DNA from: Euglena gracilis
Lineage: Eukaryota
Direction: 5' to 3'
DNA: 64,000 nt
NCBI GenBank assembly: GCA_039621445.1
Contig: CP154954.1
Coordinates: 1,550,001-1,614,000, forward strand
How positions within the stretch are numbered: the stretch's first letter is position 1; each line of letters begins with the position of its first letter. A program made the translations under genes and the position numbers. Below the pieces are notes generated by a model. That model was not told where the DNA came from. It was given only the letters and a program-made list of their open reading frames with translations, and searched no databases. Of the stretch, positions 34,538-49,543 are shown in pieces.

Positions 34538-37500
34538 ATGGGATGTGCGATTCGTAAAATTTGGATCTTATTTTTAAAAAAATTTTTTGTCCATGTAAAT
34601 TAAATTTTTACTCTTAATTTTCCGATATTTTAGTAGTTTAGTTTTTATTATCGAAAGAATTTTTTTATCTTTAAATTTTCTTATGTTTATAAAGAAAAAT
34701 AATTTGGAACTTTAGTAGGAAATGTTTATACGATCATTTTGTAGTTTTTGTTATTTGTTTCCATGTTTTATTAAAAAATAATTTATTTATTCCTCTAATT
34801 TATTTTTGTTATTAATAAATGAATGATCATTTCATTAAAAGAATAATAAAGCGGATAAAAAAAACGAAAAATATATATTAAATTTTATAAGGATGATTTT
34901 TTAATCAGAATTATATCTAAGTTATTTTAAGTATTTTTTGCGTTTTCTAATCTTTTAAGATTATATAATTGAGTAGCCGTATGTTATTGAATTAACAAGT
35001 ACGGTTTCGGATAAAAAACTTTTTAATTATTAAAGTTGATTTTACCTGCCTTGGTATCGTGTTGTGATTTTTAGTTTTTTACTTATAAATGATATTTATA
35101 GTTTTAAAAATTTCCTTATAGTTTATTTTTTGATTTTTTAATAAAATTTTTAAAAATATTTGTTTTACATACTGTTGTTCTTAATGATCCAGGTCGTTTG
35201 ATTTCTGTTCATTTAATGCATACTGCATTAGTTTCAGGATGGGCTGGATCTATGGCCTTATATGAACTTGCTATTTTTGATCCTTCTGATGTTGCGCTAA
35301 ATCCTATGTGGCGCCAAGGAATGTTTGTTCTTCCTTTTATGACACGTTTAGGGGTAACAAAATCTTGGGGTGCTTGGAGTGTTACAGGGGAATCTTTTTC
35401 GGATCCAGGAATTTGGAGTTACGAAGGTGTAGCGGTAGCACATATAATTTTATCGGGTCTTTTATTTTTAGCTGCTATTTGGCATTGGGTTTATTGGGAC
35501 CTTGATTTATTTCGTGATCCAGCTAGTGGTGAGTTAAAGTTAGATTTACCTAGAGTATTTGGAGTTCATTTATTCTTGTCTGGAGCATTATGTTTAGCTT
35601 TTGGAGTTTTCCATGTTACGGGTGTTTTTGGTCCTGGTATTTGGGTTTCTGATCCTTATGGTTTAAGTGGGAGTGCGATTCGTTTTTAATGTTCTTTTAA
35701 TAATTTTATATCGTTAAGAGATTTTTTATGAAATTTTTGTTCAATTAGGTGAAAAACCTTTTATTTTATTGAAATTATTGCGTTATCAATAAGAACGATA
35801 ACTTATTTAATTTTTTAACTGTAAAAAATTAACGATTTTTGGATAGATAATCTAAATATTGGCTATGCCATAGTTATATATTTTCTAATTAAATTTTGTA
35901 TAATTTTTAATTTTTCTTCTAATAAGATTAATTTTTTAGCAAAATTGTGGATAAGTGTGTCCTCAAGAATTTCATTTAGCAACAAAAAGCAACGAAATAA
36001 TTTAGTTTCTATCTTTGACATTTTTTGATATGTCTATTTTTAACTTTTTTAGAGGGGATGATTTAAACGGAAAAATTTTTTATTAATTTTTATTGACTTA
36101 AATCACACTTATAAAAGTATCAAAATTATATTTTGATATATAAGTATTTGTTAAAATACAAGTACTTTATAAGTGAGTAGTTAAATGATTTAAAAATTTC
36201 ATATTTAATTTCGGATGAAAGATTTTTAATCTATTCTTGCAAATTGAACCTGTTATTCCTTCTTGGGGTGCTGAAGGTTTTGATCCGTATAATGTAGGTG
36301 GAATTGCTTCTTTGCGAGTTGTAAAAGTTCATACTTATGAGTTAAAAGTTTTTAACTTTTTCTTACTTTAATACCTTTTATTCAATTTTTAATTTTTAGT
36401 AATAAAAAGCCAGGTAGATTTTTTTACTAAATAGCCATTTTTGTTTTAGGTTAGTTATATTTTTTGCAATAATATTTGCAGTTTATTAATATTCTTGATA
36501 AAAACTTTTTTTACAGTTTTGTGAGAGTTTGGCTGTTAAAGAAGCATAAAATTTATTTTATTTTATTTTGTTATTGTAATTTTTATTTTTTGTGTATGAA
36601 AATAATAACTAATTAATTGTATTTTTTTCCAAAATTTTTTTTTACACTTTGATTCGAAATTTTTTCCTAAGTTTAGTATTTACGAATATTTTGTAAAAAA
36701 AGTTGAGTTAAAGATTTAAAAATAACTTATTTGTTTAGGTATTTTTAAATCTTTAAAATTTGTCCTAAATTTAGTATTAGGAAAAATTGATTAATAATTT
36801 TATTATTAATTAAAGCCGTGTGCATTTTTATTTTGCATGCACGGTTTTTTTGAGGAAATATAATAATTTATTTTCTATCAAGGCATCATATTGCTGCAGG
36901 TCTTTTAGGACTTATTGCTGGTGGATTTCATGTTTTAGTTCGCCCTTCTCAACGCTTGTTTGTACTTTTACGTATGGGGAATATTGAAACTGTTCTTTCT
37001 AGTAGTATAGCTGCGGTTTTTTGGTCTGCATTTGTTGTTTCAGGCACTATGTGGTACGGTTCTGCTTCTACACCTATTGAGCTATTTGGTCCTACTCGAT
37101 ACCAATGGGATAAAGGTTATTTTCAGGAAGAAATAGAAAGACGTGTTCAAGCTAGTTTATCTGATGGTTGTTCTTTGTCAGAAGCTTGGGGTGCTATTTC
37201 GCCTAAGTTAGCTTTTTATGATTATATTGGGAATAATCCAGCAAAAGGTGGATTATTTCGTTCTGGTCCTATGAATAATGGTGATGGTATAGCGACTGCA
37301 TGGTTAGGTCATGCAGTATTTATTGATAAGGAAGGTAATTCATTGTTTGTTCGTCGTATGCCTACTTTTTTTGAAACGTTTCCAGTAATATTATTAGATC
37401 AAAATGGTGTTGTTCGTGCCGATATTCCGTTTCGTCGTGCTGAGTCTAAATATAGTATTGAACAAGTAGGCGTTACTGTTCGTTTCTTCGGTGGTAGTTT

Positions 37501-37810
37501 CGATACTTTAAGTTTTAATGATCCTGCTACTGTGAAAAGATATGCACGACGTGCTCAGCTTGGAGAAATTTTTGACTTTAATCGTTCTATTTTACAGTCT
37601 GATGGTGTTTTTAGAAGTAGTCCAAGAGGCTGGTTTACTTTTGGTCATTTGTCTTTTGCTTTAATTTTCTTTTTTGGGCATATTTGGCATGGGGCAAGAA
37701 CTTTATTTAAATATTTGCTTGCTGGTATTGACCCTGATTTGGAGGAAGAGATTGAATTTGGTACTTTTGAAAAATTAGGTGATGATACAACTAAGAAAGA
37801 ATTAGTTTAA
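34538..37810 (+). CDS. psbB: Photosystem II CP47 (exons 34538-34544, 35047-35061, 35166-35672, 36241-36311, 36884-37810)
   Basis: Spliced product [19 protein letters not shown]...GGIASHHIAAG...; three group II introns and one 104-nt group III intron. Confidence 0.97.
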
Positions 37811-37873
37811 TTATTATTTAATTAGTAAATTTGTTTTAGGAAATGTGCAAAGTTGTGAAAATTTTTTATTTTT

Positions 37874-39319
37874 ATGGAAGCTTTAGTTTATACATTCTGT
37901 GTGCTACGAAGTTGTATTCTTTTTACTTTAGGTAATTAAATTTAAATTAATAAAAGGGTGGATTAAGACTTTTCATAAACGCCTTTATTAAATTTTTTGT
38001 GGGGTATATTTTTGTGCGGTTTACCTAGGACAAAACAAGATTATATGTTTTAATTTTGTATTTTTGCATATTACTTTACTTAATTTATGGAGTTTTTATA
38101 CTTTAAGCAATTAAAACTAATTTTATAGATTTTATAGTTTGGTAGTGAATTTATATTTTATTATTTTGATTTGATTTTTTCGTATTTTTTTATTTTAATT
38201 TAGTAGAAAAGGAAATTTTTACTATTTTGTAATTTTTAATTTCGATATTTTAATGTAATAATTATTTTTAAGTGCTTTTTTTTTTTTGTTCTTTTACACG
38301 GTTGTTATATCTTTTTGTCGAGGAAATTGTAATTACATTTAATTCTTTTATTTTTGAATTAATTTTTATTAAGATGATTTGGGATAGAAACGATTTCTGA
38401 AAAATATAATTTTTATTAAAGGTATCATATAATTACTTTTATGGTTATTTTAATTGATCGATAATTTTTTATTAATCTTGGATTGTCCACGATATCATTT
38501 CAGGCGGGTAAAGATTTTTTATCTTTATTCTTTTGATGATTTTAGTTTTTTGGGTGAGCCAGATGCTTAGGAATTAGCTTGTCCGGTTCTTTAGGGAATT
38601 TTTTTTACCTTATATTTGATTTTACTGTTTTTATTTTAATTAAGGATGATTTTTTTTGGATTGATTATTTTTTGTTGTAAATATTATTTTATTGCTTTTT
38701 TTTGTTGATAATATTGATATGTTTTGAAATTTTGAAGTTTCAATAAAATTTATGAAAAATTTGTATTTTTTGTAAATTATTTTTTTACTGTAGTCGTTTT
38801 CCTTTTTAATGCAGTTCTGTTAGGTCTTTTAGTATAATTTTATTTTACTGTAATTACTTAATCTTTATTAGTGTTTTTTTCATTTTTTTCAACGAAATCA
38901 ATTATAATTGTTTAAATATGTAATTTTTCTTCAATACGAATTATATTAATTTTATTTTTTTAGAAATTTCTAGTGTATTTATAAAGCTTTGTGATATACA
39001 TATCAAGCATAGTTTGGTGACAATTATTTTTTATTTTTAGTCTTTTTTTTTACATTGAGTTTTATATAATTTTTAATTTTCATAAATATTTTTGAAGTTT
39101 ATAAAACGTATTATATATATTTAAAATATATGAGGATTTTAACTACTAGAATAGTTGTTAATATTATTTTATTTAAAAATTTATATTTGAGCTTTGTGTA
39201 ATAGTATAATACTTGTAAAGTTCTTTTAGGAGGGTTTCCTTACTTAACTATTGATAGGTACTTTAGGCGTTATTTTTTTTGCTATTTTTTTCCGTGAATC
39301 TCCACGTATTAATAAATAA
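37874..39319 (+). CDS. psbT: PSII subunit T (exons 37874-37898, 39249-39319)
   Basis: [31 protein letters not shown]; 1350-nt intron GTGTG...AC. Confidence 0.95.
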
Positions 39320-39464
39320 TTATTCTTATTATCTTTCAATTTTCGATGTGATTTAATTTTTATTAACTTATAAAAAAGTTAATAAAAATTTTAAAAAGAA
39401 AAAGAAATAAAAAATAAATAAAATGAAATTTTCACAACAGTTTTAATTTGTTATTTATTTCATT

Positions 39465-39678
39465 TTATTTAATGTCAAGAATTACTGAAGAGTTGTATAT
39501 TTCTAAAATTATTGTTAAAAAAATTGCGAATAAAGTCATAAAAATTAACATTATTCCAGCTGTCCCCCAGCCAGGAAGAACTTTTCCATATTTAGAATTT
39601 AAAGGTTTTAATATTGTTCCTAAAGTAGTTGTTTTACCTTTAGAATTTGATGTTTTTGTTTTTTGAAATAGTTGTCAT
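39465..39678 (-). CDS. psbH: PSII phosphoprotein H (1-nt homopolymer error near 39657)
   Basis: Matches the intact copy at 14265-14477. Confidence 0.9.
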
Positions 39679-39729
39679 AATATTAAATTTAATAATTTTT
39701 AACTTTCTTTTGAAATTACCTATTTTATT

Positions 39730-39861
39730 TTAATTTTCATGTTCTTCAAAAGGATCTTTAAGTTTTCTTGACATTGGACCAAATCCCATGTAAATTGAGT
39801 ATATTGTTGTACTTATAATAAAAAAACCTAAAAAAATAGTTGATAAAAATGATATTATTTT
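39730..39861 (-). CDS. psbN: PsbN (start not resolved)
   Basis: ...YSIYMGFGPMSRKLKDPFEEHEN*. Confidence 0.88.
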   Translation of the reverse strand, partial: KIISFLSTIFLGFFIISTTIYSIYMGFGPMSRKLKDPFEEHEN

Positions 39862-40122
39862 AAATAAAAATTTATATTACTTTTATTTTAGTATATTATT
39901 TTTGGCTGACTTTTTAAAATTAAAGAATTTTTATTCCAATTCGAAAATTGTTGGTTTTGATTTAATGTGTTTTATTTATATTCGTATATATTTGAGAATT
40001 TTAAGTTTTTAATATAAAATTTTTTGTGTATTTATATTGCATGAAGTTAGGTATAATGAATTCTTTTATCTTTATAATGCATACTTGAAATTTTAATTCT
40101 TGTTTGATAAGTTTCTCTTTTT

Positions 40123-42213
40123 ATGAGTCGAGTTTACGATTGGTTGTGCGGACCGAATTTAGCATATTAGGTTATAATTCCTGAAGATTTTTACTTAGCG
40201 TTTTTTAGCTATTTGATAGTTTGAAGCCTAATTTCATATAAATTTAGAAAGTTATTTATAAAATTTTAATTATTTTATTGCTCCGTAATTTAGCATTTGT
40301 ATGTTAAATAGCAAATTTTTTGCTTGTTAAACTTTTTCGGTAATGGAAAAAACTTTGTTTGTTACAGTATAATTTTTACTATTTTTTTTTTGAAAAAAGG
40401 GTTAACTTAAAGTTTTATGTTTTTGTTTTAGGATATTATAATTTGAATCAAAAATTTAATAAAAATTTCTAAGTACTATTTTAATCTAAGTTTAAATATT
40501 GATTAAAAATAATTGGAAATACATAATATTTTTTATATATTTTAATTTTTATTAAATTAAATGTTATTTCTTAAAAGAATCAATATTTAAAATTACCTGT
40601 AAGTTTCAAAAGAAAATAAAAATTTTTATTTTTGTTACGAGTTATAAAGATCGCTTATCTAATTTTAGATAATTTTAGTTTTGACAAAAGCTGTGTATAT
40701 GTAGTAATATTTTTTAAGTTTGCGAATAAAGTATTATAATAAAGTTATACTTTAATTCATTTTAAATAATTGTAGTTGTGTTTTTCTAAGTTGTAGCTTC
40801 TCTGAATTAATTTTTTAAGATATAATAATTTGAATATCATTTCTTTTATATTTTTACAAAATTAAAAAATAATATTTAGGATTCTATTAAACGGTTTTAT
40901 TAAGGTAGGAAAAAATTCAATAAAATTCTTATTTTAATTGCGATTTGTTGTATTTGTTAATATGGAATTTTAACTGGTATTCGTTTTTAAGAATTATAAA
41001 GCAAAATGATTATCTATATCTTGTTTTGTTTTTAAGGGAGCTTGCTTACCTGTACGAGGAAAGATTGGAGATTCAAGCGATTGCTGACGATGTTAGTGCG
41101 ATTTGGTTTGTATTATTATTTTTCAATTCTAGATTATGATTATTTATTTACAAAAATCTTAATGAATAAATGCTTTAGTTTATAAATATTTAGTCTTAAT
41201 TTTAAGATAATTAATTGTTTTTATTAATAAATTTTTTTTTACATTTTAATTTGTTTTATAAAATTTTTTATGTTTTAAATTATAGATACTTTTTTATTTG
41301 AAATTTTATAGATTTGTTGGTTAGTAAAATGTTTATGATAAAATATTAGTAGTTTAAAAAGTTCTAAATTGTTTAAAATATATATGTTTTTTAATTATTT
41401 AATGTTATTTTTATTTTTTAAATATTTATTGAATGTATTTATATTTGTTGTTTTTATAATACTAAATAAATTTTTTATAATTCAGAGACTTTTTAAAAGT
41501 TTATATAAAAGATCGATAAAACTATTTTTTAATAATAATTTTTTTATAAAAAGCCTTTTGATTATTTGATTAGTTATTTTTCAATCTTGTAGGGTTGGAA
41601 AACAATCATTTTTTAAATGACTAGTTTTTGCAGTAAATATGTTCCTCCTCACGTAAACATTTTTTATTGTCTTGGTGGCATAACATTTACTTGTTTTATT
41701 ATTCAAGTAGCTACTGGTTTTGCAATGACTTTTTATTATCGTCCAACTGTTACAGAAGCTTTTCTTTCTGTTAAATATATTATGAATGAAGTTAATTTCG
41801 GGTGGCTTATTCGTTCAATTCATCGTTGGTCCGCTAGTATGATGGTTTTAATGATGATATTACATGTTTGCCGAGTTTATTTAACTGGTGGGTTTAAAAA
41901 ACCTAGAGAGTTAACTTGGGTTACGGGTATAATTTTGGCAATTTTAACTGTTTCTTTTGGTGTTACAGGTTATTCTTTACCTTGGGATCAAGTTGGTTAT
42001 TGGGCAGTTAAAATTGTAACAGGTGTTCCCGAAGCTATTCCATTAATTGGAAATTTTATTGTTGAGTTATTGAGAGGAAGTGTTAGTGTGGGACAGTCTA
42101 CTTTAACTCGTTTTTATAGTTTACATACATTTGTTTTACCTTTGTTAACAGCTACTTTTATGTTAGGACATTTTTTAATGATACGTAAACAAGGCATTTC
42201 TGGACCTTTATAA
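40123..42213 (+). CDS. petB: Cytochrome b6 (exons 40123-40145, 41055-41095, 41630-42213)
   Basis: [38 protein letters not shown]...[10 protein letters not shown]; introns start GTGCG. Confidence 0.97.
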
Positions 42214-42280
42214 AAATTCTTTGTGTTTATGATTTTTACGATGTATTTCTTAATTATAAGGAACCCTTGAGCCTTGTTTA

Positions 42281-45330
<3,050 letters not shown>

Positions 45331-45480
45331 AATTATTATTGACGTATTGTAAATAATTTTTAACTATATCTTACTTAAAAAGCTTTTATTAATATTTATT
45401 TAGTTATGCTTTGTTGAGTAAACATAATGTTTCCACTTTGTTTTTTTAGTTTGACTACGAAAAATTATAATTTTTTTACA

Positions 45481-47307
45481 ATGACATTAGATGTATCAAT
45501 TAGTACGTTACGAAGTTGCTTTTAGTTTATTAGGTATAAGTTAAAATAAAAGATAAGAAATAAAATTTTATTTATGTGTTTTTTTTAAGTTAAGTAAATT
45601 TTCCTTAAATTGTATGTTTTTGGCTATTCATATTAATTAAAAAATTGGTTAATCTAATTGGTTAATCTTAATATTTTCAATAATTTGTTAATAAGTTTAG
45701 TAATTTTTCAAGTAGAACGTAAATAGGTTTTATTTTGGATTTTTTTTTTAATAAAGAATAAACTTTTGACATATTTTTATTTAAAATTAAATGTTTAAGC
45801 TGTATGTTTTTTTTTACTTGTACAGTTTTTTAAGAGAAATTTTAGTTCGCTAATATATTTCTTTTTTCATTAAATTCTAGTTTAAATCTTTTTTCTTGAG
45901 TATTTATTTTTCAAAAGTTAATTTTTTAAATAATTTTCGTTTTTGGGGATTTTATTCTCTTTTTTAAACTTTTCTGTATGAAAAGTAAAATTATTTTATT
46001 TTTTGGTAATTGAAATTTATTTATTATTTTAGTAGACCAATAAAAGCAAAGAGAATAGGTTTTAATTTAATTTTCTATAAATTTTTATTCTAAAGAAAAT
46101 TTTACATTTTAGTTTTAATAAGTCTTGTTTTAGAGTTTTATATAATATAAAACAACCTAACCTTTTTTGCGATAGTATGTTGAAAAGCTAAATAAATCAA
46201 CAATTTTTGTTTAGTTTGTGAATAAAATTTTCAAAATTGAATTTATATTTTCTACTTTACTTATTCCTGAAAGAGTTTTTTGGGAAAAACGAGTTGAAGA
46301 AATTATTCTTCCTACTTTAAGTGGTCAGATGGGGGTTCTTAAAGACCATGTGTGACACATTATTAAAACGTTTGTTAATTTTATTAATTATAATTTTTTG
46401 ATAAATGCTTGTTTGAGATTTAACTTTACTTTTACTTTTAACCATATTAGTTAATTATTTTTATTTTCTGCATTAACATTTTGTTTGTGCGTGGTAGCTT
46501 TGAATATTTTCTAAAATTTAAAATTTACTTTTTTATAAATTATTTTTTATAAATAAGAAAAATTTAAAATTTTAAGATTAATATAATTTATAGTTTATTT
46601 TGAAAATGTATATTTAAGTCTTGTTTTAGAAGAATATATTTAAACTGTTATTTTATAACTATTTAAAGTGTTTTTACATGTTTTAGAAAAAATTTTTAAT
46701 AGTTTTAATTTTTTTAAAAACAATACTTGATAAACATAATTTGTAAGATATAATATTTGAATCTAAAAAATTTTTAAATTTGTATGCAATGGTAAGGAAT
46801 GTGTATTTTTATGTAAATTATTTACAAAATTTTTGTTTTTTTTTAGTACTTTTGATTCTATCACAATTTAGTTTTAGTCAATTTTTAAGCAAATTTTAAA
46901 AGATTTTTTGTTAAATGCCGTATGAGATTTAAATCTCCCGTACTGTATTGTTGGGGAAAAAATTAACTTAATTTATTAATTTTTAATGATAAATTTTTTT
47001 CTATCTAAATATTCCAATATTGACTGGATTAGATATAGGTATAATCTTAGTTCGTCAAAAGTCTTCTTCCGATTGGACTAGTTTGGTTGTAACAGGAGGT
47101 TTTGCATTAATTAATAGCAATAACGTTACTATATTAGTCAATGAAGCAGAATTTGGTTCCGAAATTAATGTAGAACAAGCACAGATTTCTTATAATTCAT
47201 CTAAACATGCTTTAGAAATGAATAAAGATATTAAGAGAAAATTTGAATTAACTTTAAATTTAAAAAAAGCACGTGCTAGATTCCAGGTCACTCAACTTAA
47301 AAAGTAG
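45481..47307 (+). CDS. atpE: ATP synthase CF1 epsilon (exons 45481-45502, 46261-46349, 47011-47307)
   Basis: MTLDVSI|IIPERVFWEKRVEEIILPTLSGQMGVLKDH|IPILTGLDIG...GGFALINSNNVTILVNEAE. Confidence 0.95.
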
Positions 47308-47578
47308 TTTAATTTATTGTTTTATTAAATTATACGTTTTTAATTTATGTTGATAGATTTTTTATAATAAAAATTTTTTCAATTATTAATAGTTTAAAAT
47401 TATGTTTGTTTTATAGTATATTATTACTTAAACTATAAAATAGTGTAGTTAGTGTATTGAAACTGACAGTTTGATTTAAACGTTTTTGGTTTCGATTCAC
47501 TCATTTATTCTTTAATTTAATTAAATTAAAATTCAAAATTCGACTTTTAGGCAAGAATTTAAGTAAAAAAAAAATGTT

Positions 47579-48296
47579 ATGTTATCCGAATATGATAATC
47601 TAAACTTTGAAAAGAGCGTTGAAGGTAAAGGTTCTTTTCTTAATAAAAACCAAATAGAATCTTATTTGGCCTTACGAAAAAAGAAAGGAAAAATATATAA
47701 TTTAGATTCTGAATTTTGGCGTGCTTTTTGTGAATCTCACAATATTAATATGGAATCTATTTTAAATTTATATATATCGAATAAATCTATTTCTAGTAAG
47801 GATTGTTAAAATACTATCTTATATTGTTGGACGAGATTACCTTAAAGGCAGAACCGCTAACTTTTATGCTTACATTAAAGTGGATAAACGATTAGATACG
47901 CGCTCGACTCGTTTTTTGGATTTGAGATTAAAAAAAGACTGTGAAGAGGTTACAGTTTGTGGAAATTATAGCGCAGCTAAGTCAGAAGAATATTCTATCG
48001 ATTATATAATAAAAATGGTTTTAAGTCAGAGAGCATATGGTATACAAGATTTTACTGATTCGTTAGTAATTAGTCCGTGTTTGTCTGTAAAATTAGATGA
48101 TCATTACCAAATGTTGTCACTTTGGAACCGCATGATAAAACTAGCTGAAAAAGGCAATATTTTTAAGGCTCTATCTCTTTTAAAAAAAGAAAGGCCAGAT
48201 TACTACATCAAAAAATTTGTAGCAATTAAAAAAAATTTAAATGCAATTTTTATGTCTTTTAAAAATGATAAAAAATTAAATAGGGAGGTTTTATGA
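47579..48296 (+). pseudogene. Rep-a: geminivirus-Rep-like HUH domain plus oligomerisation helices, motif II lost; one frameshift at ~47766-47806
   Basis: Joined ORF (~239 aa) aligns by eye to Rep-b: YIVGRDY..NFYAYIKVDKRLDTRSTRFLDL..GNYSAAKSEEYSIDYIIK..RMIKLAEKGNIFKALSLLKKERP. Confidence 0.72.
48283..48288 (+). promoter_or_regulatory. Shine-Dalgarno GGGAGG ahead of Rep-b; ATGA start-stop overlap at 48293-48296
   Basis: TAGGGAGGTTTTATGAAT. Confidence 0.8.
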
Positions 48297-49387
48297 ATTT
48301 ATTAAATACGAACAAAAATAACATTGATAATAATATGAGACGTATTTCATCAAAAAAAGTTTTTTTAACCTATTCTTATTGTTCCGCAGATCTTTCAGAA
48401 ATTTTAAATTTTTTTAAAAATAAATTTGAAGTAAAATATGGACTAGTTGATTATGCGTTGGTAAGATAGTTTCATAAAACCGGATACCCTCATGTACACT
48501 CATATTTCGTTTTTATTAAAAAAATAGACACTAAGGCAGCAAATTTTTTTGATATATATGTTGATTCTAAAACTTATAGTGCATATGTTCAAACAGTTAA
48601 TAACGAGAAAGATTTGTTGGACTATTTAACAAAACAAATATTTAACTTTGTAGATGCTTCAAAAAATTTCATGGCTTCTCCATCAATTTTGAAAAAGTAT
48701 GGTAAATATTTTGAATATTGTCCATTAGAAGAAAGGATGATTGAATTAGCAAAAAAAGGAGAGATAGCGGATGCTATGTTGTTGTTTGAAAAAGAAAAAC
48801 CTTCTGAATTTGTATATAAAGGTGATGCTATTGAAAAACGACTTAGAAACATATATTTAAACAAAAGGTTAGGAGTTAAAGCAAAAATTAATTTTAATTA
48901 CTATGTAAACCCTCGAGATATAAGGTGGATGTTAGACATTTATGAATCTTATCTGAATATGGGTGAAAATAAAGTATTTTTAATTTTAGGCGTTGAGCTT
49001 AGGTATTTAATAGATTTTTTTGAATCTTATTTGCAATTCAAAGGCTTTTATCTTCTAGTAGTTAAGGAAGCTAAGGATTTACTGCGATTTAGAAATACTT
49101 GTCATTACGATGCGATAATTTTTTCAGACTCTAGCATTTTAGAGTATCAAAATGTAGATGAGCTAAAAAATTTATTTAACTCTTTAGAAACAACGTTAAA
49201 AGTTCATAATCGAAAAAATAGTGTTAAAGTACTTTTATCTCCTGCTTTACCAAAAGCTATAATGTCGTCAAAACCTTATAAAGTTTTGGAACAATTTTTT
49301 TTTTTTTTTTTAATTGAAATGGAAGGCATACTACCTTATCAATTAAATGCCGATGATAAATTACTTCCCCCACATTTTCATAATTAA
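48293..49387 (+). CDS. rep: Rep-b: geminivirus-like rolling-circle replication initiator (HUH endonuclease plus degenerate SF3 helicase); one in-frame TAG at 48467-48469
   Basis: RISSKKVFLTYSYC (motif I), VR*FHKTGYPHVHSY (motif II), NFFDI (GRS-like), LLDYLTK (motif III), all in frame with track ORF 48614-49387. Confidence 0.82.
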
Positions 49388-49543
49388 GAAATGTAAAAAT
49401 CAAAGGAATACAGAGAACTTGAAAGTAAAACTAAAGTTTATATTCAAGAATTCTTAAAAAAAGCTAATATGAATGATGAAAATGAAGGAAATGCTAATCA
49501 AAAAAATACTAATTAATACGTTTTTATTATATGTTATTATTTT

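Noticed and set aside
16850-36570. Canonical plastid inverted repeat
   Set aside because: No rRNA genes, the arm ends inside psbB and the junctions are mosaic
39465-39678. psbH and rpoC2 (28465) frameshifts as real pseudogenisation
   Set aside because: The other copies are intact and the changes lie in homopolymers or noisy flanks
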